Position numbers and translations under genes: made by a program. Positions 21,938-33,992 of a stretch of 64,000 nt of DNA are shown piece by piece. The notes below the pieces were generated by a model. The model was given only the letters and a program-made list of their open reading frames with translations, was not told the origin of the DNA and ran no database searches. The stretch lies in contig OX337232.1 of the NCBI GenBank assembly GCA_946965045.2, forward strand, positions 2,294,001 to 2,358,000, written 5' to 3'. Every line of letters begins with the position of its first letter. The first letter of the stretch is position 1. This stretch comes from Epithemia pelagica. Lineage: Eukaryota > Protista > Bacillariophyta.

Positions 21938-23125
21938 ATGGGAAGACGAAGAAACCCAGCGATTATTCTGTTGCAAGTATTTTTGACATCTTTGATATGT
22001 GGTACCAATGATTCATTGAACTTCGCCGCAGCCTCGGAATTGGAAAATGCAGATGCCGATGACAACAGAGAACTGAGCGATGGCTCAATGGCTGAATCAT
22101 CACGAGGCTTAAGACACCGATACTTCCCACATCAAAATCATGGGTACAGGTATGGCAGTTATCCACGTCCTCGTCCAACTAAAGGAAAAGGTTATTTGAC
22201 CCCAAATAAAGGCAAAGGCTACCTTAGCCCCAGCGTCAATAAGGGCAAAGGCAAAGGCTACCTTAGTCCCAGCAAAGGCAAAGGCTACCTTAGTCCCAGC
22301 AAAGGCAAAGGCTACCTTAGTCCAAGTAAAGGCAAAGGCTACCTCAGTCCCAGCAAAGGCAAAGGCTACCTCGGTCCCAGCAAAGGCAAAGGTTACGGTA
22401 AGGGCAAGGGTAAAGGCCTTCTCACGAAAGGCAAAGGCTACGGTAAGGGCAAGGGTAAAGGTCTCTTTACAAAAAGCCTTGTTGGGACGAGAAATGGTGA
22501 TTTCATTATTGTGAGTCAATCCAAGGGCCTCATTTGTCAACGTCCTATTGGAGCACCAACTGTCAGCCCCCCTGCTGAACCAACAACTCCTGCTCCAGTT
22601 GATCCGAATGCACCCACAAACGCGCCTGTCGCAGGCCCAACACCTACAGCCCAACCTCAGACAGATCCACAGCCCGTGGCATCGGGTCCAACAAATGCAC
22701 CGACGACATTGCTTCCGGATTCCTTGAATCCAACAACGACACCAACAACAAATCCACCGACAACTGAACCAGTCGACCCACCAAATGATACACCAGCACC
22801 TGTTGGCACACCCACCACTTTACCTCCAGGCACTACGGCCGCGCCAACGACTATTGATGGCACAGCGCCTCCGGTAGATAGCGCTCCCACAAGTTCAACC
22901 GCCGCACCAACTTTCTGCATAATCAAGAAGCCCAAGAAGAAGAGAATCAAGAGATACGGAGGCAAGAAAGATAAGACGTCGAACTATTATTATTATGACC
23001 AATACGGGAAAGGAAAAGGATACGGGAAAGGAAAAGGATACGGGAAAGGAAAAGGATACGGGAAAGGTTATGATGCTAAGGGCAAAGGCTATTACAGTAC
23101 GTGGTTGAACCGAGGAGGGCCATGA
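21938..23125 (+). CDS. Secreted Lys/Gly/Tyr-rich repeat protein with Pro/Thr-rich stalk (candidate cell-wall/silica-associated protein)
   Basis: Signal-like N-terminus from ATG 21938, RXL motifs (RELS, RGLR), about 7 LSPSKGKGY repeats, a PT-rich linker and C-terminal GKGKGY repeats. Confidence 0.75.
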   Translation: MGRRRNPAIILLQVFLTSLICGTNDSLNFAAASELENADADDNRELSDGSMAESSRGLRHRYFPHQNHGYRYGSYPRPRPTKGKGYLTPNKGKGYLSPSVNKGKGKGYLSPSKGKGYLSPSKGKGYLSPSKGKGYLSPSKGKGYLGPSKGKGYGKGKGKGLLTKGKGYGKGKGKGLFTKSLVGTRNGDFIIVSQSKGLICQRPIGAPTVSPPAEPTTPAPVDPNAPTNAPVAGPTPTAQPQTDPQPVASGPTNAPTTLLPDSLNPTTTPTTNPPTTEPVDPPNDTPAPVGTPTTLPPGTTAAPTTIDGTAPPVDSAPTSSTAAPTFCIIKKPKKKRIKRYGGKKDKTSNYYYYDQYGKGKGYGKGKGYGKGKGYGKGYDAKGKGYYSTWLNRGGP

Positions 23126-23346
23126 TAATACACTTTTGTCAATTGATGGTGAAGTTGTTGTGAATTCCAGTTGCATAAATGTTATTTGTATGATTTTAGA
23201 GCACGTAAAATCTATATCTAGTTTTTCATTTGAGGCCATGGACTATAGATAAGGAGATCGACCAGTTTTGCTCGACAACAGAAACCTTTGAAGAATATCA
23301 GAGGTGACCACTGATTCGGTAGTTGCGCACCTCTTGTTTTTTAACG

Positions 23347-25623
23347 CTAGCGTATCCCTCGAATGAGAGCCAAAGCCATTTCTTCCTGTGTTCTGGTATC
23401 CTCTTCTGCACTTTCTTCATCGTCAGTTCCAGATACCTGGTCGGAACGACTCTGGCTACCATCTTCAACGCCTTCGCTTTCAGGTACATCAGCTCCGAAA
23501 TTGCCTACTCTGAGTTCCACTGCGGAGACAGAAGATTCTGCGGTAGTATCAAGGTCACTTTTTCGCTCCAGCCGTCGTTTTCTGTGCTTTTCCCGTATTC
23601 TCTGTTTCTCCTCCTCTTGGTCCTGAGTTGACGAATTTTGAAGCCGCTTTCGCACTTTTTCCATGTAGTCATCTGTAGCACGGGCCAAATCCTCAACATT
23701 TTGATTTATCAACTCATGGACTCTGTCTTCGTCAACCTTGAGCAAACCGGCCGCATCCTCCTCTTCACCATCATCGTTGAATATCACACGACGGTTTTGT
23801 GCGTTGGATCCATTTATACGAATCTTTTTTGGATGACGAGACTGAGAAATCTCATTGACAATGGGATCCGACGAGTCATCAATGGTTATTGATGGAGTAG
23901 ACCGTGTTGAGACAAGAAGGTCATCTCCATCACTTTTGTCAGGTTCGGTTGAACTAGGTATTGCTTTTGAGCCAAGTTTGGAAATTCGTTTGGCGAGCTT
24001 CTCTGCCTTGATTTGCTCTTTGAGTTTTTGCAGCTTTCGATTGACATTTTTCGACTGACGATTTGCATCGCGGCCACTGACTGATTTCATGAACTGCAGA
24101 TTTGGCGTGGACGCCAGTCCCAAAGACGATGCGTATCCATCAAGATCTAGATCCTGGACCTGAAAAACGTCTCTGTGCGGCATAAGATGGATGGAGCGTG
24201 CATAACTCTTGAAAGCCTTCTTCGCCAACTGATGCAGCTCAGTATTAGACGCAACCATTGAAGCAGCTCGTTGACCCACAACAACAGTTTTGGAGGGATT
24301 TATTCTAAGTTTTTTCAATGGTATTTTTGTGGATACTGGAGCCTCTTTGTCATCGCCGCGTTTGGTAGGAGCTTTCTTTTGCAACAAATCGACGAATCCT
24401 CTCGACTCTTCTTCTGGTGTGAGCATAAGCAATGCCTTGCCACCAGCTCGGTACCGCGCCGTCCTTCCAGCTCTGTGAATGTACATATCACGATCTTCTG
24501 GGGCGTCAACTTGCACCACCCAAGAAATGTTTGGAAAATCCAACCCTCGAGCGCAGATATCAGTGGCCACAAGGACGGCACTGGGTCGTTGCAGAAAATC
24601 AAAGTATATTTGTGTCCGTTTTGTTTGCGCCAGTTTTCCATGCAAGGCTAGCACAGGAATTCCCGGACGAAGCGAACAAAACAGCTCAAAGGCGTGTCTA
24701 ACTTGTGCACACGAAGCAAAGAACAAAATTGACTTTCCCTTGAGATTGGATTTGAGGAAAGAGAAGACCGCATTTAGCTTGTCCTTCAGAGGAACAACCA
24801 CATAGGACTGCTCGAGGCCCTCAGGAGTTGAACTTTTCTCTTTATCATGGACACCAAGATACTCTGGATTAGTAAGGCTCAAGGTGGCCATGTGAGAGAC
24901 ATCTCTGGTTTGAGTTGCAGAGAAAAGTAAGGTTTGCCGTTCATTCGGCAGATAGTCGAGTATTCGAACCAGCTGATCCCGAAAACCCATATCGAGAATT
25001 CGATCAGCCTCATCCAACACAACAATCTTGACATTGGAAAGGTCCAAGTACGCTGTTTGTTCACAATGCTGCAATAACCTTCCAGGCGTACAGATTAGCA
25101 GATTGGTGTTTCCAATTTGTCGTTGCTCGTCGTAAAAATCTTTCTTTCCACCAATTAGAAGGCCCACCGAAAAGGAGTGAAATCTTCCAACTTGTTTGAG
25201 AACCTGAAATATCTGAACGGCTAATTCACGCGTCGGTGACAAAACAACGGCACCTGGCCCGTCCATGGGCGTAAATGAACGACGATACAAAATCTCCAGC
25301 ACTGGAATGAGATATGCAAGGGTCTTTCCACTTCCAGTTTTAGCTGCCCCTAATATATCTCTTCCAGAGAGTGCATGCGGAATGCACGCGTTTTGAATGG
25401 CTGTCATGGTTGTATAGGGAGTGGGCTTGGCCGAATCTAAGCCTTGCACAGTGAGATCGGACAAGGGCAAGGCACGAAAGGCCACCAACTGTGTCAACGG
25501 TGGTGCATAGCCACGATCTGGTGTCTCTTCTTCAATGCGTCGCTCTAAAACTTTGATTTCGTCTCGTCGTTGCTCTTTTGACCGTTCACGGTCTTCCTTA
25601 GTTCGTTTCCGACGAGTCGACAT
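23347..25623 (-). CDS. DBP4: DEAD-box RNA helicase DBP4/DDX10
   Basis: GAAKTGSGKT, SPTRELA, DEAD, SAT, ARGLDF and HRAGRT motifs, with a DDX10-like C-terminal region. Confidence 0.92.
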   Translation of the reverse strand: MSTRRKRTKEDRERSKEQRRDEIKVLERRIEEETPDRGYAPPLTQLVAFRALPLSDLTVQGLDSAKPTPYTTMTAIQNACIPHALSGRDILGAAKTGSGKTLAYLIPVLEILYRRSFTPMDGPGAVVLSPTRELAVQIFQVLKQVGRFHSFSVGLLIGGKKDFYDEQRQIGNTNLLICTPGRLLQHCEQTAYLDLSNVKIVVLDEADRILDMGFRDQLVRILDYLPNERQTLLFSATQTRDVSHMATLSLTNPEYLGVHDKEKSSTPEGLEQSYVVVPLKDKLNAVFSFLKSNLKGKSILFFASCAQVRHAFELFCSLRPGIPVLALHGKLAQTKRTQIYFDFLQRPSAVLVATDICARGLDFPNISWVVQVDAPEDRDMYIHRAGRTARYRAGGKALLMLTPEEESRGFVDLLQKKAPTKRGDDKEAPVSTKIPLKKLRINPSKTVVVGQRAASMVASNTELHQLAKKAFKSYARSIHLMPHRDVFQVQDLDLDGYASSLGLASTPNLQFMKSVSGRDANRQSKNVNRKLQKLKEQIKAEKLAKRISKLGSKAIPSSTEPDKSDGDDLLVSTRSTPSITIDDSSDPIVNEISQSRHPKKIRINGSNAQNRRVIFNDDGEEEDAAGLLKVDEDRVHELINQNVEDLARATDDYMEKVRKRLQNSSTQDQEEEKQRIREKHRKRRLERKSDLDTTAESSVSAVELRVGNFGADVPESEGVEDGSQSRSDQVSGTDDEESAEEDTRTQEEMALALIRGIR

Positions 25624-25901
25624 GGTTCATATGATGATTGATGGGATGGATCGATTGCATGTGGACATTTTGTTGGACACCACGTCTTTCGTCTGTCAGG
25701 CGTCCGTATGAGGGCAGTATATTGTACAATCTTCAATAGGCTGTCTGTATTTTCACTGACCACATGAAAAATGAGTGTCATCTTACCATGACCCATGACA
25801 CGACCACTTTCCAACAAACGGAGATGGCCATGGCCGCAAAACACAATGGGAAGCAGCGATTCGTGATTCCTGTTGAGACCAACACAACCGTAACATAAAG
25901 A

Positions 25902-27278
25902 ATGGTGCCATCACCGGCTTTGTATCGATTCGCAACAAATAGGCAGTATGACAAGATTCCAGCTCGAGTGGAAAGTCATCCAGAAGATGTGATTTGGACG
26001 GATCGATATGGATCCACCTGTTTGCACATTCTTTGTCAAGCAAGGACCAGCGTGGACGAGTCACTTTTACGAGCTGTTCAAGCCATTGTCCATCATCAAC
26101 CTGATGTCGTCGCCTGGGCCAATGTCGCGACCTGGACACCACTTCATTTTGCCACCTTTTGTACGACAGCAACCAAGAACGCCGCAACCACTCCATCCTC
26201 GTTGCCAACGACAAGGACTTCGTTCACTCCAGGCAACCAAGTTCGTTATGAAGATGAAAACTCAAGCGACAAGGATTTTTTGGCTGTATCGGAAACCAAC
26301 AAACGACTCGACGAGATCGGCGACGATACGGAGAATGACCATGCCACTTCCTCAACCACCATGAGCACATCTACACAGCTTGTGTTGTGTCTCATTGAAG
26401 CATGTCCTTCCGCTGTGTCTGTTCGAACCAAAACCGGGTTCAAAACAAAAACTCCGTTTCACATCGCCTGTGAGGCAGGTTCGGACTATCGCATTCTACG
26501 AGCCATGCTACAAATAAATCCAACATTGGCCATTCAACCCTTTGTCCAGCAATCGTCTTCCAGTGTCTATGCCATACCTTCCGAAACTCCTCTTCAATTA
26601 TTATGGAAGCACAATTTCAATCATATCAACTCGCAGTATTACCGAAACAAGTTTGATCATCCTCCTCGATCCATAGTCCGACGCAGTTTCAAGGCTGGTG
26701 GGGGAGGAACGGGTAGCATCCAAGAATTGCACAACAAAATGGCTCTCCTATTGCAGGCAGCCCATCATGGCACTCTGCAGGAACGGATCGGGAAACCCTT
26801 TCGAGTACTAAATGCGGCGTGCTCCGTTCGATGTCCGAAGGACTATGTGGCATATCTTTTAGAGGAACACACCAATCAAGTATCGGAAAGGGATGAAAAA
26901 GGACTTTTGCCCTTGCATTATGCAGTTCGCAAAACCTCCTCCCTGGAAAGTCAAACCTATACTCAATTTCTGGTAGAGTCCTTGCTGGACATTTACCCTG
27001 AAGCAGCATCGGTCGAGGATGAGACGGGACGCTTGCCACTTCATGTGGCTTTGGGCGGAACAGTGGGTCTGACGTGGCACAAGGGTGGAGTACAAGAGTT
27101 GGTCCTCCGCTATCCTAATGCCTTGCGGACCATCGATCCGCAAACCAAGTTGGTTCCCTTTTTGCAATCTGCCGTTCACGCCATTGACAGTCGTTTGCAT
27201 CTGTCCACCACCTACGAACTCTTGTTGACCGCGCCGGAAATGGTGCAACCCGGCAAATGGAACTATCCTCACAGTTAA
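25902..27278 (+). CDS. Ankyrin-repeat-like protein
   Basis: Repeated D..G.(T/L)PLH motifs (YGSTCLH, WTPLHFA, KTPFHIAC, GLLPLHYA, GRLPLHVA). Confidence 0.8.
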   Translation: MVPSPALYRFATNRQYDKIPARVESHPEDVIWTDRYGSTCLHILCQARTSVDESLLRAVQAIVHHQPDVVAWANVATWTPLHFATFCTTATKNAATTPSSLPTTRTSFTPGNQVRYEDENSSDKDFLAVSETNKRLDEIGDDTENDHATSSTTMSTSTQLVLCLIEACPSAVSVRTKTGFKTKTPFHIACEAGSDYRILRAMLQINPTLAIQPFVQQSSSSVYAIPSETPLQLLWKHNFNHINSQYYRNKFDHPPRSIVRRSFKAGGGGTGSIQELHNKMALLLQAAHHGTLQERIGKPFRVLNAACSVRCPKDYVAYLLEEHTNQVSERDEKGLLPLHYAVRKTSSLESQTYTQFLVESLLDIYPEAASVEDETGRLPLHVALGGTVGLTWHKGGVQELVLRYPNALRTIDPQTKLVPFLQSAVHAIDSRLHLSTTYELLLTAPEMVQPGKWNYPHS

Positions 27279-27667
27279 ACAATGTCTTCAGACCAATAAC
27301 CACTCAATCCGTTGATCAGCCATATTTGACTGTCACAGTACACCAGCATTTGAGTACCACCATATCCAGATCTCGATAATCTAACTGGGGTGCGGCCACA
27401 TTAGACACATGGTAGCAAAACACCATGCAGTGAGTGCAGAGGCACAGACAATGGAGGCGATGGGATAATTGTATTGCATGTTATAATACAGAATAATAGA
27501 AACATTGATGCAACGTCTTTTTTCGCGTCTTACTTCATGGAGACGTTTTCAGAGCAAAGAAGCTATCGGGGTAGCCCGAAGGAAGGTTAATATGCGACCG
27601 ATCGAAAATTCATGCCAACAACAAAGATACGGGTGTGCGATCTTTGGAATCTATTATCGAAAGAACC

Positions 27668-29819
27668 ATGAACAGGTTATGCAAATCAAAACGCCAATCA
27701 GTCATCGCCTCTGTTGTCTTTCTGTTTGCTTTTGGCTTCAGTAGTCTCAGACCACAGCTGGTACTCACAGAGGCTGCCGAAGCAGCGTCTTTTTCGGCAA
27801 GAAGGACGAAGAACAACAACGAGAGCACTGAATCGTCGTACAGCACCACACCTCCCAACATTGTAATTTTCTTGGCCGACAATTTGGGCTACAATGACAT
27901 TGGAATGTTTGGTGCTGCCACGGCTCAAACACCCAACATTGATCGGTTGGGACATGAAGGGATGAAATTTACGCATTGGAACTCTGCGGCTCATTTATGC
28001 TCGGCGAGTCGCGCGTCCCTCTTGACTGGACAGTATTATCCTCGCTTGGGAATTTACCCAGGGGTCTTTCATCCAGATGCCACAATGGGACTCATGCCAC
28101 CTCCTATACCATTTCAAGAGAACAAAAAACATGATCATTCGGATGGTAAACCCACAACAACTATTGCCGCCGCCTTGAAAGAACGAGGATATGCCACCTC
28201 GATTGTAGGAAAATGGCATTTGGGCCATAACGAACCATTTCTTCCGACGCATCACGGATTCGATGAATGGTTGGGTATTCCCTATCACATGTCTGGTGGA
28301 AGTGTCGATAACCATACCTGTATGATGGACGTTAATGAAACCATGTGGTTGCCACTCTATCACAATGATCAAATTGTGCAACAACCAGTTCAATTAGACG
28401 ACTTGGCCTCACGGTATGCGCAACAAGCCGTTGACTTTATGACTCGGTTGCAGACGACACCTGACCCCTCAGCAGTCGATGGACGAAGGAGAAGCCACGA
28501 AAGGTTCAGCATCACCGCAACCGTTCTTTTTGTTCATGTCCTTCTCTCATGTTCACCAACTGTGTGCTCCACGAGATTTTCCTGAACAAGAGGTATGTCA
28601 GTGGAATGGCAAGAGTTCAACCGATACGACGTCCTCGTCGGAATCGTCCTTTGTGAATGCCGTCCAGGAAATGGACTGGATTGCTGGTGAGATTTTAAAT
28701 GCCATTGATACATTGGGAATCGCCAATAACACCATGGTTTGGTTCACATCCGACAATGGACCATGGGTGGCTGAACAACTTTGCAGTGGTTCAAAAGGAC
28801 CTTTTGAAGGTCGATGGCTTCAAGATTTTACGTCTCTCGAATGTACGGCGTGTCCTCACGACTATCTTCCCCGCCGTCACACTTATCCGTACAAACAACA
28901 AGAGAGGTCGGACCAAGAACCACGCAAAAACCTACCAAATCAAGAAGAAGTACAAAGGAGCAATTCGGTTCCATATGATCAAAGTGAGAATCAAGAGCAC
29001 GATCAGGAACCACGAGTCCCATCCCCACATGAATGTTACTTACCGGGCACAAATTTTGTCCTGGATGGAGTCCCCTGTGGCCACGATACGGGGTTAGGTT
29101 CCGTCTGGGAAGCCAATCTACGCATGCCGGCAATGATCCGATGGCCTTCTCAGATTTCACCCAAATCTGTGTCGTCCTTACCCGTGTCGACATTGGATGT
29201 ACTGCCCACGATTCTGTCCGTGGTCGATGGGGGACAGACCCCTACAACTCTTTCCGATCGGAATGAGACTTTAAAATCTACCAGACACCGAAAGAGGCGC
29301 ATGGGCCATGATACTTGGAATGGCCACATGTACAGAATGGATGGAATGGACCTGACACCATTGATGCAACTGGGGAGCGATACGAGCAAGGGTTTCACAA
29401 CAGATGAGTTGGAAAAGGTTTGGAATAACCGTCCCCTTTTTTTCTGGCGCGACGGATTTGAAACAGGTCCACTTTCTCCGCCGTTTGGTCGTGTCGATGT
29501 CGCTGCCGTCAAATTGGGTCCCTACAAATTGTGGTTTTGGACCAAGAGTGGTCATTACAACGACGACGTGGAACAATATCACGACCCACCACTCCTCTTT
29601 GACGTTCTAGCAGATCCTGCAGAGGCCTTTCCACTAAACCCAAGTGACCATGCCGACTTGATTCAACGTGCCAAAGTGTTGACGAAACGACACAAGGACG
29701 AAATGACCTTGGGCAAGCCATTGACTCTGGAACGAGATGAACAAGCCATACCATGTGTTGACCGAGCAACGAAATGTCGGACCAGAGAATCAACCTATGA
29801 AGATGCTACGAGCAGTTGA
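27668..29819 (+). CDS. Arylsulfatase-family sulfatase with an apparent frameshift near 28445-28500
   Basis: IVIFLADNLGYNDIG, CSASRASLLTG, GKWHLG, FSHVH, FTSDNGPW and WEANLRMP motifs split over two overlapping ORFs. No convincing intron at the junction. Confidence 0.85.
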
Positions 29820-30020
29820 TAAAATGAAACAATCTTAGTTTCAATTAAAACGATATTCATCTATCGCGTGTAATCGAATCGATCTTTCAGCTTTGCGACG
29901 TCGTACGTTTTCATGGCTCCCCCTCATCGAATTTGAGTATTGTCAAATTGGAGCTCATGGTAGTAGCTGAAAGGTGGCTGATTGTTAGCAAAAAAATCAT
30001 CTCAATCCTCAGAAATTGTG

Positions 30021-30643
30021 TCACGATGGTGGTGAATTGCTGTCGTTATTATTGCTTTTGTCGGATCGGAGTTCTGCCAGTTCTTCTTCCAAACCGGCAA
30101 TTCGTCCCATAATTTCTTCTACCCGTTGCTGCGCATATTCGACTTGCAAGTGTTCTTCCGCCTCCATTGTATCTCCATCCATGAGCAACAAGGACAGCCG
30201 GAGGGTTCGAATCAAAGAAAGCAGTTGACTGCAGGCAACACAAATGTTTTCGGACGCTGCCCGACATTGGACCGATGATAATGCCACATCCGCGGCAAGA
30301 GGTGGTGGCGGAGGATCGGACAGGGATTTCATCATGGTCCCTCCAGCTGATGTTTATGTTTCGTTAGAAAAAATGATTGCGTCGTTATTGTGGCGAAAGT
30401 ATCATGGAACCAGCGTCAGAGACGGTACAAAGATGCAGCATGTGGTAGAAAGTCTGACTTGACCAGAGAGAACAACGAGAAACGAGACTCACCGCGAGGA
30501 TCATGTCGTCCTTCTTCTAGAGCCGATATGGAGGAGGCTGCTCTCAAAAGATTGAGATATTGTGTTGACAAACGATTGCAAGTGGCATTGAGCTGTTGCA
30601 ACCATTCTTCTGCGGGGGTAGCATCCACTTCGACTTGCTCCAT
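30021..30643 (-). CDS. MED22: Probable Mediator subunit Med22; intron 30347-30492
   Basis: A GTGAGT...CAG intron joins the two track ORFs in frame. RAASENICVACSQLLSLIRTLRLSLLLMD followed by a coiled coil resembles the Med22/Surf5 core. Confidence 0.6.
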
Positions 30644-30734
30644 GTCGAAAGATGAGAGAGTTGTGGATTGTTGTGCCTCCCACTTCGACTTGCTCCATGT
30701 CGAAAGATGAGAGAGTTGTGGATTGTTGTGCCTC
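30625..30734. repeat. Exact 55-bp tandem duplication spanning the MED22 start codon
   Basis: 30625-30679 is identical to 30680-30734. Confidence 0.92.
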
Positions 30735-31083
30735 TCGGCATGAGATTTGGTCCCGTTTGGAGTCGCTTTAGAGTCGCTTTTAACTGTACCTTTCCCGCCT
30801 GATGGAAATCCCGCATGGTCTCACAAGATTTAACCAACATCCACGCAAGCATCGCCGTTTTAAATGACCACCAGGTGGGCTTTTTCCCCTCACGGGTTTG
30901 TCTGTTCGCATGTCAAACTTTTTGCCTTGCCAAAATGGTGTTATGAATGGAAGCAAAAGAAACACGAAAGAAGTAAAAGGGAAGTCGCCATTCAATCAAG
31001 TATTCCTCCTTGCCTCCTTTGACCCTTCTATAGGTGTGCAGCCTCTGGTGTGACTATTTTGAATCGTCTCCAACGAACTTGAG

Positions 31084-33227
31084 ATGAGCGAGAAATGGCA
31101 AAAGCTACCTTATGAGAAGGAGGAGGAAGAAGATTATCCGAGTACACGAAGAAGACGAAAGCGTGACACTGTCCCTCTTAGTGCTCAACACGATGAGGAC
31201 AACAGCGAAGGAGATAAAAGAGACGAAGACCCAGGCGCAAATGAGGAGAATATCGCCCAAGACGACGAAATCAGCACTTCGTCCGACCACAAAACCGTGA
31301 GACGGAACAACCCAGATGCATCACAGCAGCCAAACGACAAAGATGTAATAGATCTGAAGGCTATGGTCTACTCTTTTGAAAGCTTCAGAACAATTTATAT
31401 TCCAGGTAAGACAAAAAACTGAGTGTTTTCGTCAACTGCGGTTTCAACCTTGCCTAACGTTGGCGGTCAGTTTCAATTGCCATGATTCTGTCCGCGTTGG
31501 CCTCCACGTGGGTTACCACAGAAGAATGGTCCGAGGAGATGCAAAGCTCGCTGAGCGATAGCTACACTGTGATTGACGCAGACGAAGATGCCGGAAATTC
31601 AGCACTTTTGGGAGCTTCGCTACTCAATGGACTAGTCATTATTGCGGTGATATGTGGTGTCACATTCTTTGTGGTCATCTTGCTCAAATATCGATGTATG
31701 AAAGTCCTCTACGCATACCTCGTCTTTGCTTTTGTCTCCCTGCTCTTTTTCGTTGCTTCTGAGTTCTTTCGTGTGGCGATTGAGGCCTTTTCGCTTCAAC
31801 GAGTCGACAAATTTACGTATTGGTGCAGTCTCTATAATTTCGCTCTTGTCGGAACCATCTCAATCTTCTTACCACAAGGAGTACCGATATGGCTCACGCA
31901 CAGTTCCCTCATTCTAGCATCAGTTCTGGTCGCATGGCAGCTTTCCCAGTTTGACCCATGGACCGCTTGGATTTTGCTGATACTTTTGTGTGTATACGAT
32001 TTACTGGCAGTCTTGACGCCATGTGGGCCACTCAAAGTATTGATTGACATTATGCAGAAAGACGATGCACCAGCCATGCCATCAGGACTCTTGTTTGAAG
32101 CCCGAAACCGCTCCTCAGCAAGGCCATCGGTAGCAACAAACACAAGCACATCCGTTGGGCAAAGTCAATCACAAGATACGGTGACATCTAATGATAACTC
32201 GAGGAAATCAAAGGAAGCGAGACCTTCCAGAGAGTCGGACGAGCATCTCCAGGAAATGCCAGACCCCTCGCACAAAGGAATCAGTAGGCATCTGGACCGC
32301 TACGAAGATTGTGAGGAAGAAACTGTTGAGGAGGAGTCTCGATCGACTAGACTAGGGACATTCGAGGAGAAGAAAGTGGAAATGGACGATCCCGGAAAAT
32401 TGAGCTCGAAATGCGAGGCAAAAAGCCCTGTGTACCACGACCAAGACGGGTATGAGGTAGAACGCTCAGATGCATCGACTGGTTCTCATGGTGCAGAGTC
32501 CAGTCATACCCACAAGTATACCGATTCAACAAGCATAACTGAAACCCGGATGAATGTTTCTGAGACACGCACGACTTTATCTACAAACTTTCAGAACGGT
32601 CGAGTCGTTCAGATACCCCTGGCATTAGCTCGTTTGTACAAGTTGCCATTGGAGAATGATCCGAACCCAATATGGAGACGTTCACGGCGACAGAACGATC
32701 AAGAGGAACCGAGTTGTGCTCAGTTCTCTGTGGAGCAGCTCCAGTCGTTGGTAAATGCTATCGTCCCTCATAATGGGGGTGTGATTGAGCCGCATCCCAA
32801 GCAACGAGAAGGGCAGGCAATTCGCTACAAAGTAATCGATGCAAAGGGAAATCTTCGCCGAATTATTTTCGTGGGCCAAGACGATGGCGGGGTATTTGAG
32901 GACCGCTCACATGAGGAGCGATGCGAAGCTGAGGAGAAGGGAGCATCGCGGCCGGAGAATGACCGAATTCGATTGGGTTTGGGTGACTTTGTCTTTTACT
33001 CAGTTTTGGTGGCTTTGGCATCCGACTACAGTTTTTCTTGTTTCGCTGCCGCTTTCATTACAATACTGAATGGGCTTTTGGCGACGTTGGTCATTTTAGG
33101 CATGATGAAGCGGGCACTCCCAGCCCTTCCCATTAGTATTGTAGCCGCCATTGTCACTTATGTTCTCACACGCATCTTTGTCCAAGATTGGATCGAAGAG
33201 GTGCACATACAAGCGACGTATGTTTGA
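31084..33227 (+). CDS. PSEN: Presenilin (A22 intramembrane aspartyl protease); intron 31406-31470
   Basis: YDLLAVL (catalytic D), GLGDF and PALP motifs with multiple TMs. The upstream exon splices in frame (..YIP/VSIAM..). Confidence 0.92.
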
Positions 33228-33992
33228 GGAAAAGACTTTTTGTCGGTACTCTCACGTGACGAGCTGACTGACGACCATGTTCCCCCGAATTCGCTAAGGA
33301 AAGCGGGTGGTAACACTGGTGATAGAGATATGAATTAACCAATAACTTCGGAAACCCGTGCACACCATCAAGAACTCCAAGAGAGTATCTGCCTTCCTTT
33401 GGGGAAATAACTTCTTCGGTGAATCCATAACCTTCACATCTGAAACCGGTTCAACGCTTTGTTGATTTCTTTGTCTCTTCACATGCCGACTAGGAAAGGC
33501 CAGGACTACGGAGCCGTCACTTCTGGATGCCTTTTCGGGACCCTGTGCAACGCTCCAAAAGTGAACCCATGGCTGTTGCAAGCCGCGTGCAACGCTCAAC
33601 AAGCGGACTCGTAGCTGTTGCAAGTCCTTGAACTACTGAAACGAAGAAGACTTGTGAGAGACCGCAAACACTGGGCTGCTTTGTTGCTGTACATATCGAA
33701 GCTGACTGCCCTGCGCGCTAGTCAACCAGCGAGGAAACTTTTGCATGAAATTTGTTCCACTACATGATGATCGGCGTAAGACTACTAGGGTACTGTTTGA
33801 TTATAATTTCATCGTTACGATACCGGTCAGAGGCTTACTCCTCCAGAGTGTCGGTTCTTCGAGATTCATCACATGTGCGATCACCACTGTCAAGTGGACT
33901 GTCCCTTCTCAAGTATCACCGTCGAATAGTTTGGTATACCCATTCGACCGACAGACAGTTGAACCTATGTCGACTGAATGGCCGTTCGATTT

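Noticed and set aside
22109-23239. Antisense ORFs with AFAFAGT / FPVSFS repeats
   Set aside because: They are shadows of the GKGKGY-repeat gene on the opposite strand.
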